DNA of 64,000 bases from the human T2T-CHM13v2.0 reference genome, Homo sapiens, in assembly GCF_009914755.1 (NCBI RefSeq), contig NC_060942.1. One strand, given 5' to 3'. Each line of letters begins with the position of its first letter. Within the stretch, counting starts at the first letter, position 1. Shown piece after piece: positions 1 to 27,138 of this stretch. The position numbers and the translations under genes were made by a program. The notes below the pieces were generated by a model that searched no databases, was not told where the DNA came from, and saw only the letters and a program-made list of their open reading frames with translations.

Positions 1-999
1 TCAGTAATGAATAGAACCAGACAGAAGATTAATAAAAAAACAGAGGACATGAACGACACTATAAACCAACTGGACCTAACAGATTATAAAGAGAGAGAGA
101 GCACTCTATCCAGTAACAAAATACACATTTTTCTCAAGTACACATGGAACATTCTCAAGAATAGACTTATTATGTTATGCCACAAAACAAGTTTTAATAA
201 CTTTTAAAAGACCAAAATGACACAAAGTATCTTTTCCAATCACAATGGAATGAAACTACTAAACAATAATAGGGGAAAACTGGAAAATTACAAACGTGGA
301 AATTAGACAATGAACTCTTAAAACTATGGGTCAAAGAAAAAATCATTGGGAAATTAGAAAATACTTTGAGACAAATGAAAATGAAAATACAATGTACCAA
401 ACCTAGTAGGATGCTGAAAAATCAGTGCAAAGGAGGAAATTTATAGCTATAAATGCTTACATTTTAAAAAGAAAAAAAGCTTTTAAAATCAATAAAAATA
501 ACCTAACTTAATACTATAAGGAACTAGAAAAAGAAAAGCAAATGAAACCCAAAGCTGACAGAAGGAAAGAATAAAGATTAAAGTGAAGATAAATAAAACA
601 CAGAATAGGAAAATAACAGAGAAAGCCAATGTGACCCAAAGTAGGTCTTCTGAAAAGATAAAATTGGCACATATTTGGTTAAGCTGACTAAGGGAAAAAG
701 AGAGAAGACTCAAATTAGTAATTTCAGAAATAAAAGTGACGACATTCCTATCAATTCTACAAATAATTGTAATAGAATATTATGAACATCTGCACACCAG
801 AAAAAAAGGGTAACTTACATAAAATGGACAAATTCCTAGAAGCATACAATCTGCCAAAAATGAACCATAAAGAAATGGAAAGTCAGAATACACCAATAAC
901 TGTAACAAGTAAGAAGACAGAAATGGTAATAATAAACCTCTCAAGAAAGAAAATCCCTGGGCCAGATGGCTCCACTGGTGAATTCTAACAAACATTTAT

Positions 1000-1305
1000 G
1001 TATTTTTATTTGTTTGTTTTTTCCTTTTTTTGAGGCAGGGTCTCACTCTGTTGCCCAGGGTGAAGTGTAGGGGCACAGTCTCAGTTCACTGCAACCTCTG
1101 CTTCCTGGACTTCAAGCTATCCTCCAGCCTCAGCCTCCTGAGTAGCTTGTGTGAGCAACCACACCTGGTTAATTTTTTTTTTTAGGGATGGGGTTTTACC
1201 ATGCTGCCCAGGCTGGTCTTGAACTCCTGAGCTCAACGTTATTTGTTTGCCTTGGCCTCCCAAAGTGCTGGGATTACAGATTGTGAGTAGGCAGTATGTC
1301 CGGCC
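1000..1305 (-). mobile_element. AluJ-type element inserted in the L1
   Basis: Alu antisense body, flanked by the near-duplicated ctaacaaacattta / ctaccaaacgttta. Confidence 0.85.
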
Positions 1306-2541
1306 TCTACCAAACGTTTAAAGAAGAATTAACACGAATCCTTTTCAAACTCTTTCAAAAAACTGAAGAGAAGGAAATATTTCCTAACTCATTCTATGAG
1401 TGCAGCACTGCCCTGATAGCAAAACTAAAAATATCACACAAAAATTACATATCAGAGTTTATGAAACATATGAATATAGACATAAAAATGCCCAATAAAA
1501 TAACAGCAAGTAGAATATAGCACATATGAGAAGAAGTACACACCAGGATCAAGTGGGATTTATGCCAGGAATGCACAGTTGATTTAACATACAAAAATAT
1601 TTTAATGTAATCTACCACATTAATAGAATAAAGGACAAAAACCACATCACCTCATTAGATACAGATAAAATGTTCAACAAAATTCAACACCCTCTCATAA
1701 TAAAAAACAATCAACAAACAGGGAATGGAAAGAAACTTCCTCAGCATGGTGAAGGCCACATATGAAAATCCCACAGCTAACATCATACTCAATGATGAAA
1801 GACTGAAAGCTTTTCTCCTGAGATCAGGAACAAGACAAAGATGTCACCTTTTGTCACTTCTATTCAACTCATTATTGGAAGTTTTTGCCAGAGCAATTAG
1901 GTAAGAAAAAGAAATAAAAGGCATCCAAATTGGAAACAAAGACATAAAATTATCTATTCACAGGTGACATGATCCTATAGGTGGAAAACTAAAGATTACA
2001 CACACACCAAAACAAAACAAAACAAAAAAATCCGTCAGAGCCCATAACCAAATTCAGCCAAGTTACAGGTTAGTCAATACTCAAAAATCAGTTGCATTTC
2101 TATATACTAACAGTGAATAATCCAAACAGAAACTTAAGAGCAGTTTCATTTATAAAAGCATCAAAACAAATAATACTGAAGAATAAATTTAACTGAGGCT
2201 AAAGACATGTACACTGAAAACCATAAAACATTGCTGAAATTATAGAAGACATAAATGAAAAGACATCCTATGTTCATGGACTGGAAAAAATATTTTTTTT
2301 AATGGCAATACTACTCAAAGTAATATACAGATTAAATGTAATCCCTATCAAAATCCCAATGGTGTTTTTTGCAGAAATAGAAAACCTCATCCTAAAATTC
2401 AAATGTAATCTCAGATCACAAATAGCCAAAACAATCTTGAAAAAGAACAAAGTTAGAGGACTCAAATTCACTGACTTCAAAAATCACTACAAAGCTACAG
2501 TAACCAAAATGGTGTACTGCTGGCATAAGGACAAGCACATA

Positions 2542-2993
2542 CAGCTGGTGCTCAAACAACATAAGTTTCAACTGCATGAGTCCACTTATACCTCCTTCCA
2601 CCTCTGCTACCCATGAAACAGCAAGACCAACTCCTCCTTTTCCTTCTACTCAGCCTACTCAATGTGAAGATGGTGAATATGAAGACCTTTATGATGATCC
2701 ACTTCCATTTAATGAACAGTAAATATATTTTCTCTTCCTTATGATTTTAGTAATATTTTCTTTTTGCTGGCTAACATTATGTAAGAATACAGTACATATA
2801 TTTACATATAACATACAAAATACGTGTTGTTAATCAACTGGTTTTGCTATCAGTAAGGCTTTCAGTCAACAGCAGGCTATTAGTAGTTAAGTTTTGGGGA
2901 AATTAAAAAAGTATGTATTTCATGTATTTCAAATGTATGGAGAGAGGGTAGTGGTCAGTGCCCCTAATCCCCATGTTGTTCAAGGGTCAATTG
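2542..2993. mobile_element. Tigger3-type (TcMar) DNA transposon relic nested in the L1
   Basis: The termini cagctggtgctcaaacaaca and tgttgttcaagggtcaattg resemble the CAGTTGACCCTTGAACAAC TIR, and TA precedes the left end. Confidence 0.8.
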
Positions 2994-4297
2994 TGCAGAA
3001 AAATGGAATGGCGGGGGGAAAAGGGGCACAAACCCACACATACATATGGTCAATTAATTTCAACATGTGTGACATAACCATTCAATAATGGACAGTCTTT
3101 TTAGCAAATGGTGCTGGAAAAACTGCATATCCACATGCAAGAGAATCAAGTGGGAGCCCCTACAATATACCATATACCAAAATTAACTCAAAAGGGATCA
3201 AAGACCAAAACATAAAAGCTAGAACTATAAAATGCTTAGAAGAAAACATAGGGGGAAGCTTCAGGACATTGAATTTGACCATGATCTCTTGTACATGAGA
3301 CCAAGAACACAGGCAACAAAAAAAAAAACAAACTAAACCTCATCAAAATTAAAAACTTTTGTGCATCAAAGAACAGTATTAACAGAGTGAAATGGCAATC
3401 CACAGAATGGGAGAAAATATTTGCAAATAATATATCTGATAAGAGATTATTACGCAAAATATGTAGGGCACTCCTAAAATTCAAAACAACTCAATTTTAA
3501 AATGGGCAAAAACTTGAATAAAAACGTCTCCAAAGACAGAAATGGCCAATAAGCACATGAAAAGATGCTCAACATCATAAATCATTAGGGAAATACAAAT
3601 CAAAACCACAATGAAACATCACTTGACACCCATTAGGATAGTTATTATTTTAAAAAATCAGAAAAGAACAAGTGTTAGAATGAAACTGGAATGAAACGTA
3701 ATGAAACTGGAACCCTTGGCAATGCTGGTGGGAATGTAAAACAGTGTAGCTGCTGTGAAAAATAGTGTATCAGTTTCTCATAAAATTACCACCTGATCAG
3801 TAATTCCACTTCTGGGTATACACCCAAAGGAACCGAAAGAAGGGATTCGAACAGATATTTGTACACCAATGTTCACAGCAGCATATTCAAAATAGCTCAA
3901 GGTAGAAACAACACAATTGTACACCAACAGATGAATGGATAAAAGGTGGTATGTACATACACTGTAGTATTATTCAGCCTTAAAAAAGGAAATGCTGACA
4001 CATACTACAACATAGATAAAATCTGTAAACATTATGCTAAATGAAATAAGCCAGACAAAAAAGGAAAAATATTGTATGATTCCACTTATACACAGTACCT
4101 AGAAATGGCAAATTTACAGAAACAGAAAGTAGAATGGAGATTACCATAGGCTGGAGGGACAGGGAATAAAAGAGTTACTGTTTAATGGATACAGAGTTTG
4201 TTTGAGACAGATGATATAGTGCAAACAGATACTGGTGAAAACACAAAATTGTGAATGTGCTTTAACACCACCAAATTGTACTCAGGAACAGTTAAAA

Positions 4298-4432
4298 TGG
4301 AGGCGGATGCAGTGGCATGCACCTGTAATCCCAGCTACTCAGGAAAGTGAAGTGGGAGGATCGCCTGAGCCCAGGAATTTCAGAGCAGCTTGGACAACCC
4401 CATTTCAAAAAAAAAAAAAAAAAAAAAAAAAA
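4298..4432 (+). mobile_element. Free left Alu monomer (FLAM)
   Basis: Single Alu arm followed by a poly(A) tail. Confidence 0.75.
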
Positions 4433-5143
4433 GGCAAATTTCATGTTACGTATATTTTACTGCCAATTTTTAAGGGCATTATTAATCTTAATTAGAATGC
4501 TTCGTTAGAGGAGAAGGTGCACATACCAGCTTATGGTTGGTAGAAAAATTAATGGAAAATGAAGAAATGAGAAAAATGGCTAAATAAATGAGAAAGACTA
4601 GAAGTTTGCATGATTTAAAACTTAAACTTGATGAAACATTTTTAGGTAGAAAAGATATTTTTATAGAAGATACATGATTTAACAAGGTTCCAAAAGATGT
4701 AAGGGAGAACAGGCTTAAGATACCAAGTTAAGACATTAACCTTGTAAAGTAAGAGAATACTTCTACAGAAATGGCATCCTGTCTCATATTCCAAGCTAGA
4801 ATATTTAGTAGTCATGTGATCTTGAGCAAGTTATTTAACCCATCACCACCTCAATGTTCTCATCTGTAAAACAAGATAGTATCAGTAACAACCACACAGG
4901 ACTGTTTTTTATTTTTTAAAGATTTATCCAAATGAGTCACAAAAATATATTCACGGATAATTTCAAGGAGGATTTCCTCCCTACTGCCTTAAAGTTTTAT
5001 AGGTATGGGTGAACACAATCAAAGTTTTCTCCTGGCATGAGTAACTGAAGAAGTTCAGATGGTTCAGACTTTGGGGAGAGAGAGTTTGTCATTTCTCAAA
5101 CGATTCTTTTAAGTATCTAATTTGTTATTTTGGGGAAAAATAA

Positions 5144-5485
<342 letters not shown>

Positions 5486-5609
5486 TGAAAATAATTTTTT
5501 AAAACTCAGCTAATTGTTATTTTCTTAAAATTCTTATACAAATTATCATACAATCAGACCTTGATCATGGAAAAGAAAATGAAGAGAATCATTCATTTTC
5601 CATGGAACT

Positions 5610-7660
5610 ATAACAAAAGATTTAACATTTGTATCACTGGATGCCCAGAAGACAAACAAGAAAAATAGAATGGGGCTAAAAGGGACTAAAACAAATGATG
5701 GCTAAAAATTCCCCAAATTTGGCAAAAGACATAAACCTACAGGTTGAAGGAGCTGACCAAACATCAAAACAGGACACACCCAAAGAAACCTAAGCCAATT
5801 TTTTAAAATGTCAAACCGAAATTCTACATCCACTGAAAAAAAAAAAAAAAATTAAGACATTCTCAGATGATGAAAAACCAAGAGATTTGTCACAAGCAGA
5901 CATTCTAAAATAATGGTTAAAGGAAATTCTCTAAATAGAAGACGATGAAAGAAATAAATCTGGTATATCATATATCAGAAAAGAAGAACAAAATGTAAAA
6001 ATATGGGAAAAGATAATACATTTTTCTTGTCTTGAAAGTTAAAGCAAAAATTATAATGTTGCTTGTTTCTCAATGCATGTAAGAAGATATTAAACATGAA
6101 TATATTACGAACAAGGGTAAAATGACAAAAAGGAGGAAAAATTTCTACCTTTCAATTGAACTAGTAAAATATCAAAACCAATATAATGTGATGTTTTCTA
6201 TGCCTAATTTAATACCTAGAGTAACCAATTTAAAAAGCTATACAAAGACATATACACACAAAAACACTTTCAGATAAGTCAAAAGGGAATTACAATAAAT
6301 GTTCAAGTGGCCCAGGAAGGCAAAAAAGGAACACAGATACAAAAAACAGGGAGGTAAAAACAGAAAAGAAAGAATATAACAGCAGATTTAAACCCTAACA
6401 TAACAATAGTTATATGAAATATAAATGGTCTAGACAACAATTCAAATTAAGAAACAGATTGGTAGACCTGGATACATAAACATGACCCATCCACAGACAA
6501 GAAATTCACTTAAAATGCAACAATACAGGTAGGTTGGAAGTAAAAGAATGGGAAATGATTTACCATGCAAATATTAATCAAAAGAAAGTGGGTGTGGCTA
6601 TATTAGTGTCAGACAAGGCAGACTTCAGAGAAAGAAAATGGCCAGGCACAGAATGGAAAATTATATGATCACAAAAGAGTCAATCCACCAAGAAGGCACA
6701 ATAATCTGAACCATGTACGCTCAGAACAACAGAACTGCAACACAAGTGAAGCAAAACCTGACAAAAATGAAAAGAGAAATAGACAAATCTACAATTTTAG
6801 TCGGCAACTTGAATACTTCTCTCTTAAAAATTGATAGAACTGGGCACAAAATCATCAAGAACTCAACACAATTAATCAACAAGATCTAATTGACATTTAT
6901 ATCACATTCTAACCCAAAATAGCAGAATACACATCCTTTACAAGTGCTCATGGAACTATTACCAAGACAGACCACCACATTGTGTGCCATAATTCAAACC
7001 TCAGCAAATTAAAAAGAATTAAAATCATAACAGAATGTGTTCTTTGACCAAAATGTACAAACTACAATAAATAAGAAAAAGATAGTAGGGAAATCTCCAA
7101 ACACTTGGAAACTAAACAACAGATTTCTAAATAATTTCTGGGTCAAAGGGAAAGCCTCAAAGGAAATAAAAATATACATTGAACTGAATGAAAATGAGAA
7201 CACAACACTGGAATTTGTGGAATACAGCTAAATCACTGCTAAAAGAAAAATGTATAGCATTAAATGATTAGAAAAGAGTAATGATGGCCAGGCGCAGTGG
7301 CTCAGGCCAATAATCCTAATACTTTGGGAGGCTGAGGTGGAAGGATCACTTGAGCTCAGGAGTTCAAGGCCCATCTGGGTAACAATAGAAAGACCTCGTC
7401 TCTACAAAAAAATTTAAAAATTAGCGGGGCATCGAGGCACACGCCTGTGGTCCCAGCTACTCAGGAGAGGCTGAGGCAGAAGGATAGCCTGAGCCCCTGA
7501 AAGGTCAAGGCTAGAGTGAGCTATGATCACGTCACTGCACTCCAGTCTGGGTGACAGAGTGAGACCCTGTCTTAAAATAAATTTTTTAAGAAAAGAAAAA
7601 GAATAATAATTTTCAATTAATAATCTAAGTTCCTTTCTCAAGAAACTAGAAAGGGATCAT
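5610..7660 (+). mobile_element. Old L1M fragment (ORF1 end / ORF2 endonuclease region) containing an AluJ at about 7286-7580
   Basis: Contains a GKSPNTWKLNNRFLNNFWVK-like L1 ORF2 peptide and has the A-rich composition of an L1 sense strand. Confidence 0.8.
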
Positions 7661-7671
7661 CTGAACAAATT

Positions 7672-8069
7672 TGCTATGGTCTGAAAGTGCCAAAATTCAT
7701 TTATTGGAAACTTAATCCCCAGAGAAACAGTGTTAAGAGGTGGGGCCTTTGGGAAGGTGTAAAGGTCATGAGGGCAGAGTCCTTATAAGTATATTAATGC
7801 CATGATGAACAGGTTTGATTAGGGAGTTTGGACCCTTTTTGTCCTTTTGCCTTCTACCATGTGAGGACATACTGACCCCTCCCTTCTGGAGGATGCAGCT
7901 TTCCAGGCACCTTCTTGGATTCAGAGACTAGACCCTCATCAGAGAACCAAACCTGCTGGTGCCTTGATCTTGGTCTTCCCAGACTCCAGAACTATGAGAA
8001 AACAAATTTCCGTTCTTTATAAATTACCCAGTCTTGGTTCTGTTATAGCAGCAGAAATAAACTAGGACA
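7672..8069 (+). mobile_element. MaLR solo LTR (MST/MLT1A-like)
   Basis: Starts TGCTATGGTCTGAA and ends ...ataaattacccagtc...gttatagcagca...ACA, typical MaLR LTR termini. Confidence 0.8.
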
Positions 8070-8125
8070 GGAATTTAAAAAAAATTCCCATTATATGTTA
8101 TTATAAATAACATATTTTATTAAAA

Positions 8126-8433
8126 CTTTTTTTTTTTAAGACGGAGTCTTGCTCTGTTGCCCAGACTAGAGTGCAGCGGCGCAATCTCAGCTCACTGCAA
8201 CCTCCACTGGTTCAAGAAGTTCCCCTGGTTCAAGAAATTCCCCTGCCTCAGCCTCCAAGTAGCTGGGATTACAGGGGCACGCCACCACATTCGGCTAATT
8301 TTTTTCTATTTTTAGTAGAGACGGGGTTTCACCATGTTGGCCAGACTGGTCTTGAACTCCTGGCCTCAGGCAATCCACCCGCCTTGGCCTCCCAAAATGC
8401 TGGGATTACAGGCGTGAGCCACCGCAGCCGGCC
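8126..8433 (-). mobile_element. AluS with a small internal duplication (ctggttcaagaa twice)
   Basis: Alu antisense body, flanked by taaaacttttttt. Confidence 0.88.
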
Positions 8434-8439
8434 TAAAAC

Positions 8440-9269
8440 TTTTTTTAATTGGGAAGAAGAATGGCATTATCTTACATTTTTACAAATCTCTTTAGCATCT
8501 AGCTTAATAGAAGACAACTGGACACTCATATCTGCGCCTGCATTCAATCTATGACAATACATTGCCTTGGTTTGAAGCGTGAAAATCTAACTTCACACAG
8601 ATATGGACAGATGCTCCTAGACTTATAATGGGTGGGGTTTACATCCTGATAAACCACTTGTAAGTTGAAAATATTGTAGGTTGAAAATGCATTTAATACA
8701 TCTAATCTGCTAACATCATAGATTAGTGTAGCCTACCTTAAACATGTTCAGAACACTTACATCAGCCTACAGTTGTGCAAAATCATCTAACACAAAGCCT
8801 ATTTTATAACAAAGTGTCAAATATCTCATGTAATTTATTGAATACTGTACTGAAAGTGAAAAACAGAACGGTTGTATGGGTACTCAAAGTACGGTTTCTA
8901 CTGAATGCATATAGCTTTACACACACCATCATAAAGTGGAAAAATCATAAAGTGAACCATTATTAAGTCTGAGATTGTAGTTGGAAAAGGGAAGAGTATG
9001 TTAACAGTCTTTTCAGATAACTGGAAATTATTTGCTACTACATCAAATTTGACGAGGGGTGTTTCTTAAAGATTAGTGGCATTGTAGAATCTGAAATTAT
9101 ATCAATGGTTTCTGAACTTTTTGCACAGTTTGCAACATTAAAATTTATTGGTCTATCTTCTACTTTGAATGGATCTTTTATTCATGGATGATTTTATAAC
9201 ATCATGCATTGATTGGTCACTTAGAAAATACTGGTTCCTTGAATTATGCAGCCAAATGTTGACACATTT

Positions 9270-9270
<1 letters not shown>
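8440..9270. mobile_element. hAT-Charlie1-type relic interrupted by a MER47/Tigger5-type element (about 8608-8978)
   Basis: Charlie1-like text (ttacaaatctcttta...gcttaatagaagacaactgg) resumes after an insert that begins cagatgctcctagacttata. Confidence 0.65.
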
Positions 9271-15250
<5,980 letters not shown>

Positions 15251-15275
15251 TTTAAAATTATTTTTTGTCTACGAA

Positions 15276-15979
<704 letters not shown>

Positions 15980-16519
15980 AATTTCTAAATTTCATGAGAC
16001 TACAGGAGTTCAAAAAAGAAAGTAACAGTTTAACACAGTTGTGATTTATGTCAGACTATAAAGATGAGAAAATTGTGTGAGGAGGACATGGGGGAGAACT
16101 CAAGGGGAGAGAAAGGTAGGTCCTGGAAATACGACAGCAAAAGTAGGAAAGAGTAGGTGAGATACTATAGAAAGCAAGAAAATCCAGTAGAGCGCAGTCT
16201 ATTTTGGGAAATGCTGGGAATAAAGACTAAGTAAATAGGTACACTGAGACCACATGACAAAAAGCACCAAAGTTAAGAAAAGATGTAGTATAGATTATAT
16301 TGGAAAGCTGCTACGCTGTCCCACAAATCCAAGAATGTTGGGATGAAAATTTGGATTTGGGTAGTGCAGCAGTAACAAAAAGTAAAGATCAGATTCAGGG
16401 AACATTTCAAATAAAGTATCACACTCTACTTTACCCCCAAGTAGTATTTTTGCCTATACTGGAACCTTCATCCAACCTATACTATAAAAGTAAACAAAGG
16501 AAAAGAATTAACTACTAAT

Positions 16520-17160
16520 ACTTGTATGTAACCATGGCACCACCTATAAATTATTTCATTTAATCCTCCTAATTAAGCCTATGACGTATTATCATGATTC
16601 TCATTTTGCAGATTAAATATATTCAGACTCAAAAAAGTTAGGTAACTTGTCCAAGATTACACAACTAAATAAAAACCTGGCCAGCAGAGCTGGGAGATAG
16701 ATAATAATCCACTTAGATCAAAAGTAGTTTTTCCCAAGGACAAATCATAAGGATATATAATGATGACGATGATTACAAACAGCTAACATCTACTAAATGT
16801 TGTGAACTCTGCAAAGCACTTACATGCATTACCACGTTTAATACTCTTAAGAGTTCTATGAGGGTCTATGATTAATCTTATTTGAAGGTGATGTGTTTGA
16901 GTTCCTCTTAAGAACTTTACCCAAAGTCACAGGGCTAATAAGTGGTCGACCTGGGTGGGAGTGAAAAATCCCAGTCTGACTCCAGAATTCATGCCTGACA
17001 AGGCAGTTCTGCTGGTGTCATGTAATCCTTACAACAATATAAGGTAGGCATCATCATCCCATTTCAGAGATGGGATAAATGGATATCACAGTGCTTTAGT
17101 AAACTGTCCAAGGACCAAGGGCTAGTAAACAACAAAGCCAGGGTTGGAAGCTAGTTATCC
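16520..17160. mobile_element. Cluster of MIR fragments
   Basis: MIR-core-like text: cattttgcagat...aagttaggtaacttgtccaagattacaca; cccaaagtcacagggctaataagtgg; catccccatttcagagatg. Confidence 0.6.
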
Positions 17161-17239
17161 CTAAAAAACACCCATGTGCTTCAATGTGACGGTGTATGTG
17201 CATGGGAGAGCAGGGGTGGAGATGGCCCTACTAGACATT

Positions 17240-18530
17240 TTAAAAGCTGAAGAGATATTAGAAAGCCTTTATAATTGACACAGTGTGGTATTAGCACATG
17301 AAAAAGCAAGAGAGACCAATGGAACAGAAGGTTAGAAATAATCCCAAGTACACATGGAAATTTAATATATGAAGAAAGTGGCATTGTCAACCAACAAACA
17401 TAGGCATTTTTAAAATAAATGCTGTGGAGATAAACAGATAGCCATTTGAATAAAGATAAAATTGGATGTATCTCAAAATTTACCATACATGATAAATTCC
17501 GAGTAGATTTCAAAGTAAAAACTGAAAAAAACATTAAGCATCAGAGAAAATATGGATGAATTCCTTTATGATCTGGACATAGGGGAAATCTTTCTAACTA
17601 TGACTCAAAATTTTGAAGCAACAAAAGATTGATAATTTGGAGACATTTAAAAATTGTGCGGCAAAGTAACAAAATGCAGAAGCAAAGTCTAAAACATGAA
17701 AAATTGCAAAAAAAAAAAAAATCTGCATTTTACCACAGAAAAAGGGCTAAGCTCCCTAATACATAAAGAGCTTCTAAAAACTGAGAAGAAAAACAATTTA
17801 AAATGAACAAAAAATATGGACGGGCAGATCACAGAAGGAATTCAAATAGCCCTTAAAATATGAAAAGATATTCAACCTTACTCATGAGAAGAACAGAAAT
17901 TGATATTAATGTTAGAATAGAAAAAATAGAAAATAAAATTCAAATTCAAATTATACTGAAATAGCACTTGTCACCTATTAAATGGACAAAAATTCAAAAG
18001 TCTTACAACATATTGTTGGTGAGGACAACAGACAATCCCATATCATTACTAGTGGAAATGTAAAATAGCACAACTCTTAGGAGAGGGAGAATATTTTAAC
18101 AGTGAGCAAAATTATATATGCATGTGTCTTTAACCCAGCAATCTCACTTCTAGGAATCTACTCCAAAGACACACTGGTAAAAATATAAACAACTCAAATG
18201 TCCATCCATAGGAGACTGAATTAACAATGCTAACACCCACAAAATGGAACAGGACTCAGCTGTAAAAAGGAAGGAGGAAAATCATACACCAATATGTAAC
18301 ATGCTACTTTTTGCGTAAGAAAGTGATTAAAAAAGAATATAAATATATCTATGTATATATCTATGTATATGTGTATATGGATACATATTTGCTTATATTT
18401 ATAAGAATAAACACTGAAATGTCAAATCAAAAAAAAGAGTAAAGGGAAAAGAACAGGGTAGAGAGACGTGGATCAAAGTAAGAATATTCTGAATATATCT
18501 GATATAGTTTTAACTTTTAAACCACGTAAA
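17240..18530 (+). mobile_element. Highly degraded L1ME-type 3' region
   Basis: L1 ORF2 C-terminal motifs such as cccagcaatctcacttctaggaatcta and aaatgtccatcc. Confidence 0.7.
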
Positions 18531-18531
18531 T

Positions 18532-19125
<594 letters not shown>

Positions 19126-21666
19126 AAACCAACCAAAAAGCATGTAAATGTTTCACATACACAATAAAATAAAATTACATCAAAAAGTAAAGAAAGCACT
19201 TTTTAAGTACTGGAAAAAAAGAAAAAAAAAAAAAACCTAAAATGAAAGAGCCTAACTGACAAGAAGTTGGTGAAATAATCAGTCACTTTTTCTTCTTCTC
19301 AAAAATAAAATATCATAGCTCTATTCACTGAACAAGGACAAGAAACAATTTCATCCAATAGTAAAGAGTAGCATTCCCCACCAAAAGGAAAGAGTTTCCT
19401 GGAGGAATGGCTGATTTCCAAGTCTGAGGCAAGAAATGTACAAGATGAGCCTGAGTACCTTACTGCAGCAAAAAAAAAAAAACAAGGAAGCTCTATCAAA
19501 GATAATTAGGGTCATATACAAATAACATGAGAATCAACCTGAAGAAGCCCCCATCAGCCAAAGACAGGACAAACTGAGTATCAGCAAGGATGACATAAAT
19601 TGACTGAAAACACACCAAAAATATTTTTAAATGTGTTTATAATGATGCCAAAAATTTAAAAAAAAAAAAAAGACTGAGAGCGAAATAAATAAATAAATGT
19701 TGGTTATGTCTTGTTTGTGACTCATATGGATCATATCAACAGGCTCTTTTGCATATTAGCTTTTCAGGTAATGGGAGATCTCAGAAGGAGACTGCATGTA
19801 GGGAGGGAGGAGAATAAGGGTAGGGGATATATTCCTCTGTCTCCCTTAATACTTGATCCACAAGCTCCTCTTTACTTGAAAGCACACTCCCCATCAGACA
19901 GACCTCTTCCATAGAGCTACCCTCCTCAGCTGCTTTCCTCTTCCCTGTTTCCTGCTGGCCTTGAGGCGATCGCAACTCCCTTCCTCACTGTGACTAGTCA
20001 CAGAGCACTGTACCATCCCTACCAGTTTCCTTAAATATTATCTATACCTTTGTAAACAGTCCTTTACTTAAACTCCCCTCAAGTTACCCAGTTTGTGGCA
20101 TATCTATCATAATAAGTCTCCAAAATACCTTGCTATAACAAGTGGCAATTAAGGAAAAGATTGAAGTATTCATCCTGTATTTCATGAATTGGATTTCATG
20201 GTAAACATACAGCCCTAGTTGATATTAATATGTAAAAGTTCTACTCTTAACAGAGGAATTACAGTTAATAAATGTGAAAGGAATAACAGAATTAGAAAAT
20301 CATTATTTTGCTATTCCCTAATGAAATAACAGGGATTCAGTTAAAGATCATGAATGAATGGAACCATTAGATGAAAGGTTAATGAACGATTCTTACAGGA
20401 AGCTATCACAGACTGATGCCACCTGAACAGAATGATCAACCTTAGCATCACTACAGGCCAGGCAGACATTATGCACCTCCGTGTGAGGCAAAAGAAAATA
20501 CAATCTATTGAGTACCCTTGACTAGAAATCTGAAATAAGTAAATCAAGCTTTTAGATCTAACTACCATTTTATAGGAAATATGGAAAATACAGGAAGAAG
20601 TTAAATTACATCATTAGGAAAGTAAAAAGAAAAATCCAGAATGTAAAACAAGGTCCTGTATAGTACCACTGACCTAGTTCCTTCAACATGCAGGGGAAGG
20701 GGAGTTGGAGAAGTTGGGGGAATGAGATTTCTCTATATTAAGAGACTTAAAAGACTCTTAAAGGACCTAACCAAAGAAAAGCAACATTTGGACTTTGGAT
20801 CCAGATTCTAATAAAGCAACTGTAAAATAGACACTGTTTTAGACAATCAGAAATATGAATATAAACTGGGAATTAATGATACCAAAGCACTTTTAATTTT
20901 GCTAGGCATGATAATGGCCATTATGATTATGTAAGAAAATGTCCTTTTTTTTTTTCAAAGATGCTTATTGAAGTATGTAAGGATGAAATGACAATATATG
21001 GAATTTACTTTAAAATATTTTGGTAAGAAAAAGGGTGATTAATGAAATCAAATGTGATGACATTTTGAAAACTGCAAAATCTGAGTAACAGGAGTTCACT
21101 ATCCTATTTTCCCTACTTCTGCGTATATTTGAAATTTTTATCATAAAATTACCAAACAGAATGAAAATTCACATTCTTTCCACTGTAACTACAGTTTTCA
21201 AACTTGAGTGTGTCTAAGAATCCACATCTCATGCAAATCCTAAGAATCATCCCAAAAAATTGTGATTTTGTTTGTCTACGCAAGATCCCAGATTCCATTT
21301 TTAACAAGTGCCTCAAGTGAATCTGATACAATCTACAGCCTCATATCTGAAAACTATACACTTAATTGCTTTACTACAAGTAAACCAAACCTTAAAGGAA
21401 AGTCATGATCATATCTCTTACCTGCCCTTCACCATACCCCACTCCTATCTTAGTGTGATAGACATTTAATTAATCCTTTTCCTGACACTATAAATTCCAT
21501 GAAAGTGGGACATGTTTGTTTTTACTCACCATGGTGTTCCATTGCATAGCAGAATTCCTAGCACACAGTACACACCAAATAAACATTTGTCAAATGAATG
21601 AATGAATAACAGAAAAGAGAAAAAGGAAAGTTAATTGCAGTCCACTGTTTCAAAATTAGTTTGAGG

Positions 21667-27138
<5,472 letters not shown>

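Larger units (their letters stand above)
1..4480 (+). mobile_element. Degraded L1M (L1MA/MB-type) LINE, ORF2 through 3' end, interrupted by Alu and Tigger insertions; antisense to ROCK1
   Basis: ORF2-like peptides MDKFLEAYNLPKMN, PGPDGSTGEF, FPNSFYE and IYRLNVIPIKIPMVFFAEIE occur with many stops and frameshifts. An L1 3' UTR-like sequence lies near 3900-4480. Confidence 0.9.
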